A stretch of DNA of 64,000 bases, taken from Arcobacteraceae bacterium. GTDB lineage: Bacteria; Campylobacterota; Campylobacteria; Campylobacterales; Arcobacteraceae. Every line of letters starts with the position of its first letter. The first letter of the stretch is position 1. The notes under the pieces are model-generated. The model was not told where the DNA came from. It ran no database searches and saw only the letters and a list, made by a program, of their open reading frames with translations. Location of the stretch: positions 42,186 through 106,185 of the forward strand of contig JBLWVX010000005.1 in NCBI GenBank assembly GCA_048268245.1, read 5' to 3'. A program made the translations under genes and the position numbers. Of this stretch, positions 51,551 to 61,713 are shown one piece after another.

Positions 51551-52246
51551 ATGTTAAAAATAGAAAAAATAAACCAATACTATGGACAAAGTCATACTCT
51601 TTGGGATTTAAGTTTAGAGCTTAAAAGAGGTAGATGTACTTGTATTATGGGAAGAAATGGTGTTGGTAAAACAACACTAAGTAAAGTAATTATGGGATTA
51701 CTTCATATAAAAGATGGACAACTTTTATATGATGGAAAAGATATCTCAAACTTAAGTGACCATAAAAGAGCAGGTATTGCTATAGGCTATGTACCACAAG
51801 GAAGAGAGATATTTTCACAACTTACAGTTTTAGAAAACCTTCAAATAGGAGTGCTAGCAAATAGAAATAAAATCAAAAAAGTACCTGAAAAAATTTATGA
51901 GCTTTTTCCTGTTTTAAAAGATATGCAAAAAAGAAAAGGTGGAGATTTAAGTGGAGGTCAGCAACAACAACTTGCAATTGCAAGGGCTTTATGTATAGAC
52001 CCAAAGTTTTTAATCTTAGATGAACCAAGTGAGGGAATACAACCAAACATCGTAGCTCAAATAGGTGAGGTTATTGACTATCTTACAAAAGAAGAGGATA
52101 TGACAGTAATGCTTGTAGAGCAAAAACTTCCTTTTGCAAGACGACATGGGGATGATTTTTATGTGTTAGATAGGGGAAGTGTTGTTGCAAATGGGGAAAT
52201 AAATGAACTAAGTGATGATATTGTAAATAAATATATGTCTGTATGA
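51551..52246 (+). CDS. urtE: Urea ABC transporter ATP-binding protein
   Basis: YGQSHTL, GRNGVGKTT, YVPQGREIF, LSGGQQQQL, DEPSEGIQP. Confidence 0.94.
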   Translation: MLKIEKINQYYGQSHTLWDLSLELKRGRCTCIMGRNGVGKTTLSKVIMGLLHIKDGQLLYDGKDISNLSDHKRAGIAIGYVPQGREIFSQLTVLENLQIGVLANRNKIKKVPEKIYELFPVLKDMQKRKGGDLSGGQQQQLAIARALCIDPKFLILDEPSEGIQPNIVAQIGEVIDYLTKEEDMTVMLVEQKLPFARRHGDDFYVLDRGSVVANGEINELSDDIVNKYMSV

Positions 52247-52329
52247 TTGTTTTATATACAAGTGTAGAAAAAATAATGGTGGCTTTTTAGTTAGAATTAT
52301 TTGAGATTAAAAGAGAATAAAGAGGTTTT

Positions 52330-53082
52330 ATGAGCATAAAGTTTGATTTTAAAGAGGATGTTTTTAGTTTAGATAAACTACTTTTACCTTCAAGATATTA
52401 CTATTTTAACGAAGATGAAAACTATATAAAGCTTCTAAATATAGGTGAGGGGATATTTCCAAAAGATAGGATAAAACTTCATGTATCTTTGAATAAATCA
52501 AATTTAGTTCTTACAACTGAATCAGCTACAAAAATCTATAAATCTAAAAAAGAGTATGGAATCAACTATATCAATATCAAACTTCAAGAGTGCGCGAACT
52601 TGGAGTTTATAAATGATGAGTTGATTTTGTACGAACAATCAAAATATATACAACTTTTTAGACTAAGTTTTGATGAGACTTGTACGTTTTTTTATACTGA
52701 TATTTTAAGTCGTGGAAGAAGTTATGAAAACTTTGATTTTACTTCTATGCTTATGAAAAACTCTTTTTATGAAAACAATAACTTAGAGTATCAAGAAAAG
52801 TTTGATGTAAGTGGTGTTCAACTAAAAGACTATATGAAAAGAAAAAAAAGTAAACAAAACTTTTTTGCCAAAATTTATATGAAAACAAAAAACAATGAAG
52901 AGTTTATAAATGAGGTTTACAAAAGTAGTTTTGAAAGTATAACTTACTCTTCAAATCAAAAAATGCTTATAGCTGTAATATCCCATGAAAACATGAATAG
53001 CTTAAGAAAAGAAATCTTTTTTATTTGGAGTTTATATAGAAAAAGTCTAAATAAAAAAGATTTTAATTTAGGAAAACAATAA
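52330..53082 (+). CDS. ureD: Urease accessory protein UreD/UreH
   Basis: [25 protein letters not shown]; first gene of the urease cluster. Confidence 0.85.
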   Translation: MSIKFDFKEDVFSLDKLLLPSRYYYFNEDENYIKLLNIGEGIFPKDRIKLHVSLNKSNLVLTTESATKIYKSKKEYGINYINIKLQECANLEFINDELILYEQSKYIQLFRLSFDETCTFFYTDILSRGRSYENFDFTSMLMKNSFYENNNLEYQEKFDVSGVQLKDYMKRKKSKQNFFAKIYMKTKNNEEFINEVYKSSFESITYSSNQKMLIAVISHENMNSLRKEIFFIWSLYRKSLNKKDFNLGKQ

Positions 53083-53093
53083 AAGGAGAAAGT

Positions 53094-53771
53094 GTGTTTC
53101 TTACAAATCGTGAATCAGAAAAACTGCAAATTTATACAGCAGCAAAATTAGCCCTTGAGAGAAAAGATAGAGGCTTAAAGCTTAACTATCCAGAAGCTGT
53201 AGCAATTATTACTTCATATATTATAGAAGGTGCAAGAGATGGAAAAAGTGTAGCACAGCTTATGGTTGATGCAACAAAAGTTTTAAAACAAGATGATGTT
53301 ATACCAGAGGTTGCTTCTATGATTTCTATGGTTCAAGTAGAAGCTACTTTTGATGATGGAACTAAGTTAGTAACAGTTCATAATCCTATACCAACTTCAA
53401 AAGATATAGAAGTTCCTGGAGAGTATTTAGTAGATGATGAAGAACTTATATTAAATAAAAATGCTCAAATTACTACAATAGAAGTAGAAAACAAAGGGGA
53501 TAGACCTGTTCAAATTGGTTCACACTATCACTTTTTTGAAGTAAATAAAGAGCTTGATTTTGAAAGATCTGAGGCTTATGGAAAAAGACTTGATGTACCT
53601 GCTGGAACATCTGTAAGGTTTGAGCCAGGTTCTAAAAAACAAGTTGATTTAGTTGCTTATACTGGAAAAAGATATATGAGTGGTTTTAATGGTTTAGTTG
53701 AAGGTTTTTTAGATGATGAATCAACTGAAGAAAAAGCTATGCAAAATTTATCAAAGTTTTTAGGAGAATAG
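53094..53771 (+). CDS. ureA: Urease subunit gamma/beta fusion
   Basis: [11 protein letters not shown]...[18 protein letters not shown] (gamma) fused to PGEY...[15 protein letters not shown]...[15 protein letters not shown] (beta); GTG start after AAGGAG. Confidence 0.96.
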   Translation: MFLTNRESEKLQIYTAAKLALERKDRGLKLNYPEAVAIITSYIIEGARDGKSVAQLMVDATKVLKQDDVIPEVASMISMVQVEATFDDGTKLVTVHNPIPTSKDIEVPGEYLVDDEELILNKNAQITTIEVENKGDRPVQIGSHYHFFEVNKELDFERSEAYGKRLDVPAGTSVRFEPGSKKQVDLVAYTGKRYMSGFNGLVEGFLDDESTEEKAMQNLSKFLGE

Positions 53772-53773
53772 TT

Positions 53774-55474
53774 ATGAAAATTTCAAAACAAAAATATGCT
53801 TCGATGTATGGTCCAACAACTGGTGATAGATTTAGATTAGCTGATACTTCATTAATAGCAAAAATTGAAAAAGATTATACTACTTATGGCGAAGAGGTTA
53901 AGTTTGGTGGTGGAAAGACTATTAGAGACGGAATGGCTCAAAGCCCAACAGCTACAAATACGTGTGATTTGATTATTACAAATGCTACTATTATTGACTA
54001 TACAGGAATTTATAAAGCTGATATAGGAATAAAAGATGGCTTAATTAGTGCTATTGGAAAAGCAGGAAATCCAAATCTTTGTGATGGTATTAGTGAAGGT
54101 TTAGAAATTGGTGCAAATACAGAAATACTTTCAGCTGAGGGAAAAATTATTACAGCAGGGGGAATTGACTCTCATATTCACTTTATCTCTCCTGGGCAAA
54201 TTGATGAAGCACTAGCTAGTGGTGTTACTTCTATGCTTGGAGGTGGAACTGGACCAAATACTGGAACAAATGCTACAACTTGTACACCTGGTGAGTGGAA
54301 TATATCAAAGATGATTCAAAGTGTTGATGATATACCTATGAACTTTGGATTTATGGGTAAGGGAAATAGCTCAAGTTACGAAGCTTTAAAAATGCAAATA
54401 GAAGCTGGTGCTATGGGTCTTAAACTTCACGAAGACTGGGGAAGTACACCTAAAGCTATTGATACTTGTTTAAGTGTTGCAGATGATTTTGATATACAAG
54501 TTGCAATTCATACAGATACTTTAAATGAATCAGGTTTTGTAGATAATACAGTTGATAGTTTTAAAGATAGAACAATTCATACTTTTCATAGTGAGGGAGC
54601 AGGTGGTGGTCATGCCCCTGATATTATGAAAGTGGCTGGTTTAGAAAATATTTTGCCTTCAAGTACAAACCCAACACTTCCATATACAAAAAACACAATT
54701 GAAGAACACCTTGATATGCTTATGGTTTGTCATCACTTAAGCCCTAAAATTCCTGAGGATGTAAGCTTTGCTGAAAGTAGAATCAGAGGAAATACAATCG
54801 CAGCTGAGGATGTACTTCAAGACTTAGGAGCTATTTCTATTACTAGTTCTGATTCACAAGCTATGGGAAGAGTAGGTGAAGTAATAATAAGAACTTGGCA
54901 AGTTGCTGACTCTATGAAAAAACAAAGGGGAGCTCTTGAGGGTGATGATGAAAAAAGTGATAATGAAAGAATCAAAAGATATATAGCAAAATATACAATA
55001 AACCCTGCAATTGCTTGTGGGATTGATGAGTATGTGGGAAGTGTTGAAGTTGGAAAGATGGCTGATTTAGTTTTATGGAATAGGGCATTTTTTGGAGTAA
55101 AACCTGAGCTTGTTCTAAAAGGTGGATTTATAGCCCTTGCAATGATGGGAGATAGTAATGCTTCTATTCCTACACCTGAACCAAATATGTATAGACCTAT
55201 GTTTGGAAGTTTAGGAAAGGCTAGTGCTAAAACAAGTGCAATTTTTACTTCAAAAGTAGCAAGTGAAAATCTAGCTAGTAAACTTGGGATTAATAAACAA
55301 GTTTTAAGTGTAAAAAACACAAGAAACATAGGTAAAAAAGATATGAAACTAAATGATTTCATAGGTGATGTACAAGTTGATCCAGAAACTTATGATGTAA
55401 GAGTTGATGGAAAACTAATAGAGTCAAACTATGTAGAAGAAGTACCAATGGCTAAGAAATACTTCTTATTTTAA
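53774..55474 (+). CDS. ureC: Urease subunit alpha (catalytic; ureB in Helicobacter nomenclature)
   Basis: [41 protein letters not shown]. Confidence 0.98.
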   Translation: MKISKQKYASMYGPTTGDRFRLADTSLIAKIEKDYTTYGEEVKFGGGKTIRDGMAQSPTATNTCDLIITNATIIDYTGIYKADIGIKDGLISAIGKAGNPNLCDGISEGLEIGANTEILSAEGKIITAGGIDSHIHFISPGQIDEALASGVTSMLGGGTGPNTGTNATTCTPGEWNISKMIQSVDDIPMNFGFMGKGNSSSYEALKMQIEAGAMGLKLHEDWGSTPKAIDTCLSVADDFDIQVAIHTDTLNESGFVDNTVDSFKDRTIHTFHSEGAGGGHAPDIMKVAGLENILPSSTNPTLPYTKNTIEEHLDMLMVCHHLSPKIPEDVSFAESRIRGNTIAAEDVLQDLGAISITSSDSQAMGRVGEVIIRTWQVADSMKKQRGALEGDDEKSDNERIKRYIAKYTINPAIACGIDEYVGSVEVGKMADLVLWNRAFFGVKPELVLKGGFIALAMMGDSNASIPTPEPNMYRPMFGSLGKASAKTSAIFTSKVASENLASKLGINKQVLSVKNTRNIGKKDMKLNDFIGDVQVDPETYDVRVDGKLIESNYVEEVPMAKKYFLF

Positions 55475-55497
55475 AATGAACACTTTAAGGAATATAA

Positions 55498-55932
55498 ATG
55501 ATAAAAAAAATAGTTGAGATAAAAAAAGATATTTCATTTGATGATGAGGTTGAGTTGTCATGGTTTGATATGCAAAAGCCAAATTTAACAGCAGTAAGTA
55601 AAAATGGTGTTGATTTTATAATAAAAGCCAAGTTTACTCACTTGCATGAAAATGATATTTTAGTTGATGAAGAAAAGTATGCCATCAAGGTTCTAAGAAG
55701 TGAAGATATGATTTATATCTTAGAGTTTAAAGATGCTCTTAGTTTTGCAAAAACTGCTTATGAGATAGGAAATAGGCATCAGCCAGTACAAATAAGTGAG
55801 TCAAAAATAGTAGTTTTAGATGATATATCTATTGAAGATATTATCAAAGATTGCTATAAAAATGAGTCAATAAAAGTAGAAAAGACAAGAGGGTATTTTA
55901 AACCAAATGGAAAAGCACACCACTCACACTAA
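55498..55932 (+). CDS. ureE: Urease accessory protein UreE
   Basis: AYEIGNRHQP motif; short HHSH tail. Confidence 0.9.
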   Translation: MIKKIVEIKKDISFDDEVELSWFDMQKPNLTAVSKNGVDFIIKAKFTHLHENDILVDEEKYAIKVLRSEDMIYILEFKDALSFAKTAYEIGNRHQPVQISESKIVVLDDISIEDIIKDCYKNESIKVEKTRGYFKPNGKAHHSH

Positions 55933-56608
55933 GGCTTTAAAAAGCTTAAGTAGGTTTTTACAAATACTTGATGGAAGTTTTCCTTCAGGTGTTTTTGTTC
56001 ACTCTTTTGGGTTAGAACCTCACATGGTTTTAGATGAAGTGAAAGATATAGATACTCTAAGAGAGTATCTTAAAAACTTTATTTATGACCAATACGCAAA
56101 ACAAGAGTTTGTTTATATCAAAAAAGTGTATGAGGCTTTAAGTAGTGAAAACCTAGGTATATTAAAAAAGCTTGATAAAAATCTAGGAGCATACCTGACT
56201 TTCGAGTATGCAAAAGCTTCAAAACATATAGGTGAAAACTATTTTGCTCAAACAAAAACTTTGCCCCAAAAGCAAATAGTAAAAGAGTATTTTTCAAAAA
56301 TAGAAAATAAACAGTGTATAGGAAATGAACTTTTAGTTTTAAGCTCACTAGCCTTTGACATGGATATAAAAATAGAAGATTTTATAGTTATGTGGACTAA
56401 AAAAAATTTAATAAACATCTGTGCAGCAACACTTAAAATATCAAGAATAAAACCCTCACAAATTCAACAGCTTTTATTTGAGTTTGATGAGTTTTTAGAA
56501 GAGTTTGATTATAAAAACATTGATACAAAAATCACAAACTTTAATCCACTTTTTGAAGAAGTGATATTTAAACATAAGAACTTAGAACCCAAACTATTTA
56601 TTACATAA
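55907..56608 (+). CDS. ureF: Urease accessory protein UreF
   Basis: LQILDGSFPSGVFVHSFGLE; C-terminal H...KLFIT. Confidence 0.9.
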   Translation: MEKHTTHTKALKSLSRFLQILDGSFPSGVFVHSFGLEPHMVLDEVKDIDTLREYLKNFIYDQYAKQEFVYIKKVYEALSSENLGILKKLDKNLGAYLTFEYAKASKHIGENYFAQTKTLPQKQIVKEYFSKIENKQCIGNELLVLSSLAFDMDIKIEDFIVMWTKKNLINICAATLKISRIKPSQIQQLLFEFDEFLEEFDYKNIDTKITNFNPLFEEVIFKHKNLEPKLFIT

Positions 56609-56630
56609 AAATTAGTCAGCAGGAGAAAAA

Positions 56631-57218
56631 ATGGCATTAAAAATTGGAATAGCAGGACCAGTAGGAAGTGGTAAGACTTCTTTGATTGAAAGTCTTACAA
56701 ATGTTTTGAAAGATAAATATAGCTTAGGAATAGTAACAAATGATATTTATACAACAGAAGATGCAAACTATCTCAAAAAAACACTTGATTTAGATGAAAA
56801 TAGAATCTTAGGAGTTGAAACAGGAGGATGCCCTCACACAGCAATCAGAGATGATATATCTATGAATCAAAAAGCAGTAGTAGAATTAGAAGAGAAGTTT
56901 AATCCTGATATTATTTTTGTAGAAAGTGGTGGAGATAATCTAAGTGCTACTTTTTCTTATGAATTAATAGATTATTATTTATATGTGATTGATGTGGCTC
57001 AAGGTGCTGATATTCCTAGAAAAAAGGGTGCTGGTTTGCTTTTTAGTGATTTGCTTGTGGTAAATAAAACAGATTTAGCCCCTTATGTTGGTGTAGATTT
57101 AGAGCAAATGAAAGAAGATGTATCAAATAACAGAAAAAACAAACCCTCACTTTTTATCACTAATAAAGATGAAAAAAGTTTAGAAAAACTAGTAGAGTGG
57201 TTAGAGGTTTTACTTTGA
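56631..57218 (+). CDS. ureG: Urease accessory GTPase UreG
   Basis: GPVGSGKT, VETGGCPHTAIR, ESGGDNL, NKTD. Confidence 0.97.
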   Translation: MALKIGIAGPVGSGKTSLIESLTNVLKDKYSLGIVTNDIYTTEDANYLKKTLDLDENRILGVETGGCPHTAIRDDISMNQKAVVELEEKFNPDIIFVESGGDNLSATFSYELIDYYLYVIDVAQGADIPRKKGAGLLFSDLLVVNKTDLAPYVGVDLEQMKEDVSNNRKNKPSLFITNKDEKSLEKLVEWLEVLL

Positions 57219-57278
57219 TATAAGTATTTAAAAAGAGCAAAAGGATATAATTTCATAAATTTTAAAAAGAGAAAATAC

Positions 57279-58370
57279 ATGATAAAAAAACTTTTTGTTC
57301 TAAGCTTTTTAGTTAGTTCTTTATTTGCAAATGAGAACTATACAAAAAAACAAGTAGAAAATATGATAGCTAAGATGGTAGTCTTAGGTTTTCATGGTAC
57401 AGATGTATCTGTAAATGATAAAATATATAAGGATATAAAAAACTATAATCTAGGTGGTGTTATACTCTTTGATAAAGACCCAAATGATAAAAGTAAAAGA
57501 AAAAATATAGTAAATCCTACACAACTTAAGAACCTAACATCTAAACTTCAAAGTATTAAAGCTGAGAAACTTCTAATCTCTATTGATCAAGAGGGTGGAG
57601 TAGTGCAAAGACTAAAACCTGCTTATGGTTTTAAGTATACATCATCAGCTCAAAAAATCTCTTCAATGGGTGAAAATTTTGCAAGACAAGAGTATCAAAC
57701 TCTTGCAAAACAGCTAAAAGAAAATGGTATAAATCTAAACTTTGCACCAGTAGTTGACCTAGCTATAAACCCTAAAAATAAGGTGATCTATAAACTTAAA
57801 AGATCATATGGAAAAGATCCTAAACAAGTTATAAAGTATGCTTCTATTTTTGTAGAAGAATCAAGAAAGCAAGGTGTTATATCTGTACTTAAACACTTTC
57901 CTGGACATGGTTCATCTTATGGAGACTCTCATAAAGGCTTTGTAGATGTAACAAAAACTTGGAAACAAGAAGAGATGAAACCATATGAATATCTAATAAA
58001 AAACAATAAAGTTGATATGATTATGAGTGCTCATGTTTTTAACAAAGAGATGGATAGAAACTATCCTGCAACACTTTCATATGATATAAACACGATTATT
58101 TTAAGAGATATGCTTAACTATAAAGGTGTTTTAATAAGTGATGACTTACAAATGAAAGCTATCTCTTCACACTATAGCTTAGAAGATACAGTAACTTTAG
58201 CTATAAATTCGGGTGTAAATATCTTGCTTTTTGCAAATCAACTTGCAAAACCTGTAAAACTTGAAACTATCATAAATACAGTTTACACACAAATACAAAA
58301 AGGAAAAATATCTCTTGAGAGAATAGTTGATTCAAATAAAAAGATAGAAACACTACTGCAAAAGATATAA
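57279..58370 (+). CDS. Exported glycoside hydrolase family 3 (NagZ-like beta-N-acetylhexosaminidase)
   Basis: Signal peptide; IDQEGGVVQRL, NFAPVVD, KHFPGHG, SDDLQMKAI. Confidence 0.9.
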   Translation: MIKKLFVLSFLVSSLFANENYTKKQVENMIAKMVVLGFHGTDVSVNDKIYKDIKNYNLGGVILFDKDPNDKSKRKNIVNPTQLKNLTSKLQSIKAEKLLISIDQEGGVVQRLKPAYGFKYTSSAQKISSMGENFARQEYQTLAKQLKENGINLNFAPVVDLAINPKNKVIYKLKRSYGKDPKQVIKYASIFVEESRKQGVISVLKHFPGHGSSYGDSHKGFVDVTKTWKQEEMKPYEYLIKNNKVDMIMSAHVFNKEMDRNYPATLSYDINTIILRDMLNYKGVLISDDLQMKAISSHYSLEDTVTLAINSGVNILLFANQLAKPVKLETIINTVYTQIQKGKISLERIVDSNKKIETLLQKI

Positions 58371-58378
58371 AAATAACA

Positions 58379-58978
58379 ATGTTTAAATTTGAAGATAAAA
58401 CTATCGAAACTTTAAATCTAAACCATAAAAACCTAAAAGAAATCCCTAAAGAGGTCTTTGAAATGAGCTCTTTAAGGAAACTCTACTTATGGAGCAATGC
58501 TATTTCGATGCTACCAAATGAAATAGCTAGCTTAAACTTGCTAGAATGTCTTGATATTAGAAATAATACTTTGGAAACTTTGCCTTTTGAGATTTCTAAG
58601 CTTGAAAACTTAAAAACACTTTATCTCTCATCAAATAAGCTAAAAGAGTTGCCACTAGGTTTTTCTAAGCTAAAAAACTTAGAAAAAATAGTCTTAAATG
58701 ATAACTGTTTTGAAGTGTTTCCAACGCAACTTTTAAAAATGCCAAAGCTTCAAAGAGTGATAATAAGAAACAATAATATAAAAGAAGTCCCAAAAGAAAT
58801 AACAAATATGAAAGGTTTGAAAAACTTAGATATAAGTGGAAATTTATTAGAAGTTTTACCCCAAGAATTAAAAGAGTTGAAGAATTTAAAAAGACTAGAT
58901 GTAAGCAAAAATAAAATAAAAGAAAATGAACTTAAAATAGAAGAGTTTGAAAGCCTAAAAGTCTTTCAAAACTCTTGA
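58379..58978 (+). CDS. Leucine-rich repeat-only protein
   Basis: About eight 23-residue LxxLxLxxNxLxxLP repeats; no signal peptide. Confidence 0.9.
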   Translation: MFKFEDKTIETLNLNHKNLKEIPKEVFEMSSLRKLYLWSNAISMLPNEIASLNLLECLDIRNNTLETLPFEISKLENLKTLYLSSNKLKELPLGFSKLKNLEKIVLNDNCFEVFPTQLLKMPKLQRVIIRNNNIKEVPKEITNMKGLKNLDISGNLLEVLPQELKELKNLKRLDVSKNKIKENELKIEEFESLKVFQNS

Positions 58979-59119
58979 TTTTTTGAGAGTGTTTAGAGTT
59001 TTGTGTCAGTAACTTATAGTTCCTAGAATTTTAGAATAGGTAATCTTACTAATCCTAATTTACGCCAAAAAGTACAGGTTTTGAATCAGAATTTAACAAT
59101 CAATATTTATTCATAAAAT

Positions 59120-60082
59120 TTAAAAATCCAATGGTGATTTAATATCACCTTTATTTAATTCTTTTACTACATGTGTATATATCATCGTAGTTTCTATAGA
59201 TTTATGTCCTAAAAGTTCTTGAATGCTTCGTATATCTGTACCATTCTGCAAAAGATGAGTTGCATAAGAGTGTCTAAAAATATGAGAGGTTACTCTTTTA
59301 TCTATATTGGATTTTTCAACTGCATTTTTTATATTTCTACTTAAAGTCACATCTAAAATATGATGTCGTCTTTGTTCACCACTTCTTGGGTCTTTCGAGA
59401 TTTTATTCATAGGAAAAACATATTGCCATTTGGTTTCAAATTTTGCTTTTGGAAATTTTCGTTCAAGTGCATAAGGTATATATACACTTCCATATCCATT
59501 TTCTAAATCTTTTTGGTGTATTTCTTTTACTTTCTCAACTTGAATTTTAAGTTCATCTTTTATTTTTAGTGGAAGTGGTAAAGTTCTATCTTTAAGTGAC
59601 TTACTATCCCAAATATAGATTTTATCGTATCCGAAATCAATATCTTTTATACGTATATTTTGTGCTTCTTTCATTCTTAATCCACACCCATACATAAGTT
59701 TAACTATGAGTTGATAAATACCTGTCATATTTAATATAATACTTCTTACTTCATTTATAGTTAAAACTACAGGAATATGCTTTCTCTCTTTTGCTCTTAA
59801 AGCTTGAATGTTCTCATCTTTTAATGATATATTCAAAACTTGTTCATATAAAAATAATATTGCATTAAAGGCTTGGTTCTGCGTTGTAGGAGAGACATTA
59901 AACTCAGTGGCAAGATGGGTTAGGAATTGTTCAATTTCAACTTTACCCATATATTTAGGATGCTTTTTGTTATGGTATAGTATATATTTTTTAGCCCAAT
60001 AGATATAGACTCTTTCTGTGCTCATACTATAATGTTTAAACCTTATCTTATCTCTCATAATATCAAGTAATTTTTTAGCCAT
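59120..60082 (-). CDS. intI: Integron integrase
   Basis: Tyrosine recombinase residues [29 protein letters not shown] plus the integron-specific insert [12 protein letters not shown]...WQYVFP...[11 protein letters not shown]. Confidence 0.97.
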   Translation of the reverse strand: MAKKLLDIMRDKIRFKHYSMSTERVYIYWAKKYILYHNKKHPKYMGKVEIEQFLTHLATEFNVSPTTQNQAFNAILFLYEQVLNISLKDENIQALRAKERKHIPVVLTINEVRSIILNMTGIYQLIVKLMYGCGLRMKEAQNIRIKDIDFGYDKIYIWDSKSLKDRTLPLPLKIKDELKIQVEKVKEIHQKDLENGYGSVYIPYALERKFPKAKFETKWQYVFPMNKISKDPRSGEQRRHHILDVTLSRNIKNAVEKSNIDKRVTSHIFRHSYATHLLQNGTDIRSIQELLGHKSIETTMIYTHVVKELNKGDIKSPLDF

Positions 60083-60207
60083 ATGTGTCTCCTAAAATGT
60101 AGTATTATTATGTTTTTTTCTAATTAACATACATAATGTATTTTTATTACCTTCATCTAGACAAAAAATATATATTTAAATTATAATTAAAAATAAAAAA
60201 TCAATTC

Positions 60208-60232
60208 AAAATATTACATTTTGTAATATTTT
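60208..60232. promoter_or_regulatory. Perfect palindrome between intI and attI, candidate operator
   Basis: AAAATATTACA-TTT-TGTAATATTTT. Confidence 0.5.
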
Positions 60233-60299
60233 TTCATTAAATACCTATTTTAAGGATATTTTATATGAATGTTTAGTTATTGAGATAATTAAGTAATAA

Positions 60300-60333
60300 A
60301 TATATATAATGTATTGTTATTAAATAGTTAGCT
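60300..60333 (+). other. attI site (crossover G/TT at 60327-60328); upstream boundary approximate
   Basis: GTTAGCT at 60327-60333 complements R'' AGCTAAC of attC1; lies between the intI start and the first cassette gene. Confidence 0.75.
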
Positions 60334-60403
60334 CACAGAAGGTACTCTTAAGAAAAATATAGTAAACTTACATATTATATACTATTTTACCAAAAGGCAT
60401 TTA

Positions 60404-60853
60404 ATGGAAATAAAAAATAATTTTAAAATACCCAAAGAACAAAGTTCTGGTTTTTTATTATGGCAAATTACAACAATTTGGCAAAGAAAAATTAAAATAG
60501 CATTAGAAAGTGTAAATCTTAGTCATTCAGGATTTGTAATTTTAGCTTCTTTGGTTTGGTTCAAAGAACAAAACCAAGAAGTTACACAAACAACAATTAT
60601 TGAACATTCAAAACTAGACAAAATGACAGTATCAAAAAGTTTAAAAACTTTGGAAAAAGATAATTTTATTTTACGAACTGAAAATGAAAAAGATACAAGA
60701 GCAAAAACTATTATTCTTACAGATAAAGGATTTACCTTAGCACTTAACTCTATCAAAATAGTTGAAGACATAGATATCCAATTTTTTTCAAAGTTGAATA
60801 TAGAAGAAAAAAAGAATTTGAATAAAATATTTAGTAAATTAAAGGAATTATAA
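60404..60853 (+). CDS. MarR family transcriptional regulator (cassette 1)
   Basis: SSGFLLWQ, LDKMTVSKSLKTLEK, DTRAKTIILTDKG. Confidence 0.92.
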   Translation: MEIKNNFKIPKEQSSGFLLWQITTIWQRKIKIALESVNLSHSGFVILASLVWFKEQNQEVTQTTIIEHSKLDKMTVSKSLKTLEKDNFILRTENEKDTRAKTIILTDKGFTLALNSIKIVEDIDIQFFSKLNIEEKKNLNKIFSKLKEL

Positions 60854-60854
60854 A

Positions 60855-61331
60855 ATGGAATTTAGTCATTCAATACAAATAAAAGCAACACCACAAACAA
60901 TTTTTAATATTTATGCAGATGTGAATAACTGGTCAATATGGGATAAAGATGTTGAGTTATCCTCAATTCAAGGGGAATTTAAAACTGGTGTTAATGGTGA
61001 ATTAAAACCAAAAGGTGCTCCTAGATCAAAAATATTTTTTACAGAAGTTATAAAAGATAAATCTTTTACAACATTAGGAAAATTACCATTATGTAAAATG
61101 TATTTTGAACATACTATAAATACAATAAATGAGAATATAACAGAAGTCACTCATACAATTAAATTTATAGGGTTTTTATCCCCAGTATTTGGAAAATTAA
61201 TTGGAAATGGTATTAAAAAAAGTCTACCTGATGTACTTGAAGGACTGAAATTGCATGCAGAAGCTAACAAAACCTTGGAAGAAAAACAAGGGTGTACTTG
61301 CGATAGTTTAAAGCTTTATCTTGTAAACTAA
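60855..61331 (+). CDS. SRPBCC / polyketide-cyclase-like protein (cassette 1)
   Basis: IKATPQTIFNIYADVNNWSIWD; ends inside attC1. Confidence 0.85.
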   Translation: MEFSHSIQIKATPQTIFNIYADVNNWSIWDKDVELSSIQGEFKTGVNGELKPKGAPRSKIFFTEVIKDKSFTTLGKLPLCKMYFEHTINTINENITEVTHTIKFIGFLSPVFGKLIGNGIKKSLPDVLEGLKLHAEANKTLEEKQGCTCDSLKLYLVN

Positions 61332-61394
61332 GAAAAAAATAGATTTGAACTATCAAGTATAAAACACCCTTGTTTTTCAAGTCCAACGTTATGC
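61262..61394 (+). other. attC site 1 (133 bp)
   Basis: R'' AGCTAAC, arms TTGGAAGAAAAACAAGGGTGT...ACACCCTTGTTTTTCAAGTCCAA, R' GTTATGC. Confidence 0.9.
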
Positions 61395-61410
61395 TATGAT
61401 ATGAAAATTA

Positions 61411-61419
61411 TGGTATAAT
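61411..61419 (+). promoter_or_regulatory. Extended -10 promoter inside cassette 2
   Basis: TGGTATAAT matches TGnTATAAT, the typical Campylobacterota housekeeping element. Confidence 0.6.
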
Positions 61420-61530
61420 ACCGTTAAATAATTTAGGGGAGCCGTAAAAGGTCTGGAGCAACACCTTGCAGTAAATAAAAGTCTAAAGTGTACATCTGTA
61501 CTAACTAATAAATATAATAAGGATAATATT

Positions 61531-61680
61531 ATGCAAGACAAAAAAAACAACAGAAAAAAAACTCCATCCAATAAAGTCCTAACAGGAATAAAATACAACT
61601 TAGCATTCGCACTAGCATTTAATGCAAATGTAGAACTAAGTACCAATGTAACAATAAATACTGATAGGGTGTTGCCCTAA
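61531..61680 (+). CDS. Putative 49-aa peptide in cassette 2, absent from the ORF track
   Basis: AAGGA 7 nt before ATG; MQDKKNNRKKTPSNKVLTGIKYNLAFALAFNANVELSTNVTINTDRVLP. Confidence 0.5.
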   Translation: MQDKKNNRKKTPSNKVLTGIKYNLAFALAFNANVELSTNVTINTDRVLP

Positions 61681-61713
61681 GTTATTTACTTAAATATACA
61701 ATCAAACTTAAAA

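Noticed and set aside
54817..55362. 181-aa minus-strand ORF inside the urease alpha gene
   Set aside because: Antisense shadow caused by codon bias of ureC
60280..60310. Candidate integron Pc promoter TTGAGA...TATAAT
   Set aside because: 19-bp spacing and many TATA-like hexamers nearby; cannot be singled out without transcript mapping
61389..61646. 85-aa minus-strand ORF in cassette 2
   Set aside because: TTG start without RBS; the plus-strand promoter, RBS and 49-aa ORF explain the region better, though it is not formally excluded
61425..61688. tmRNA or ISAs1-like/MITE interpretation of the end-paired element
   Set aside because: No tRNA-like TTCGA/CCA end for tmRNA; no transposase or target-site duplication visible for an IS, so kept only as an alternative
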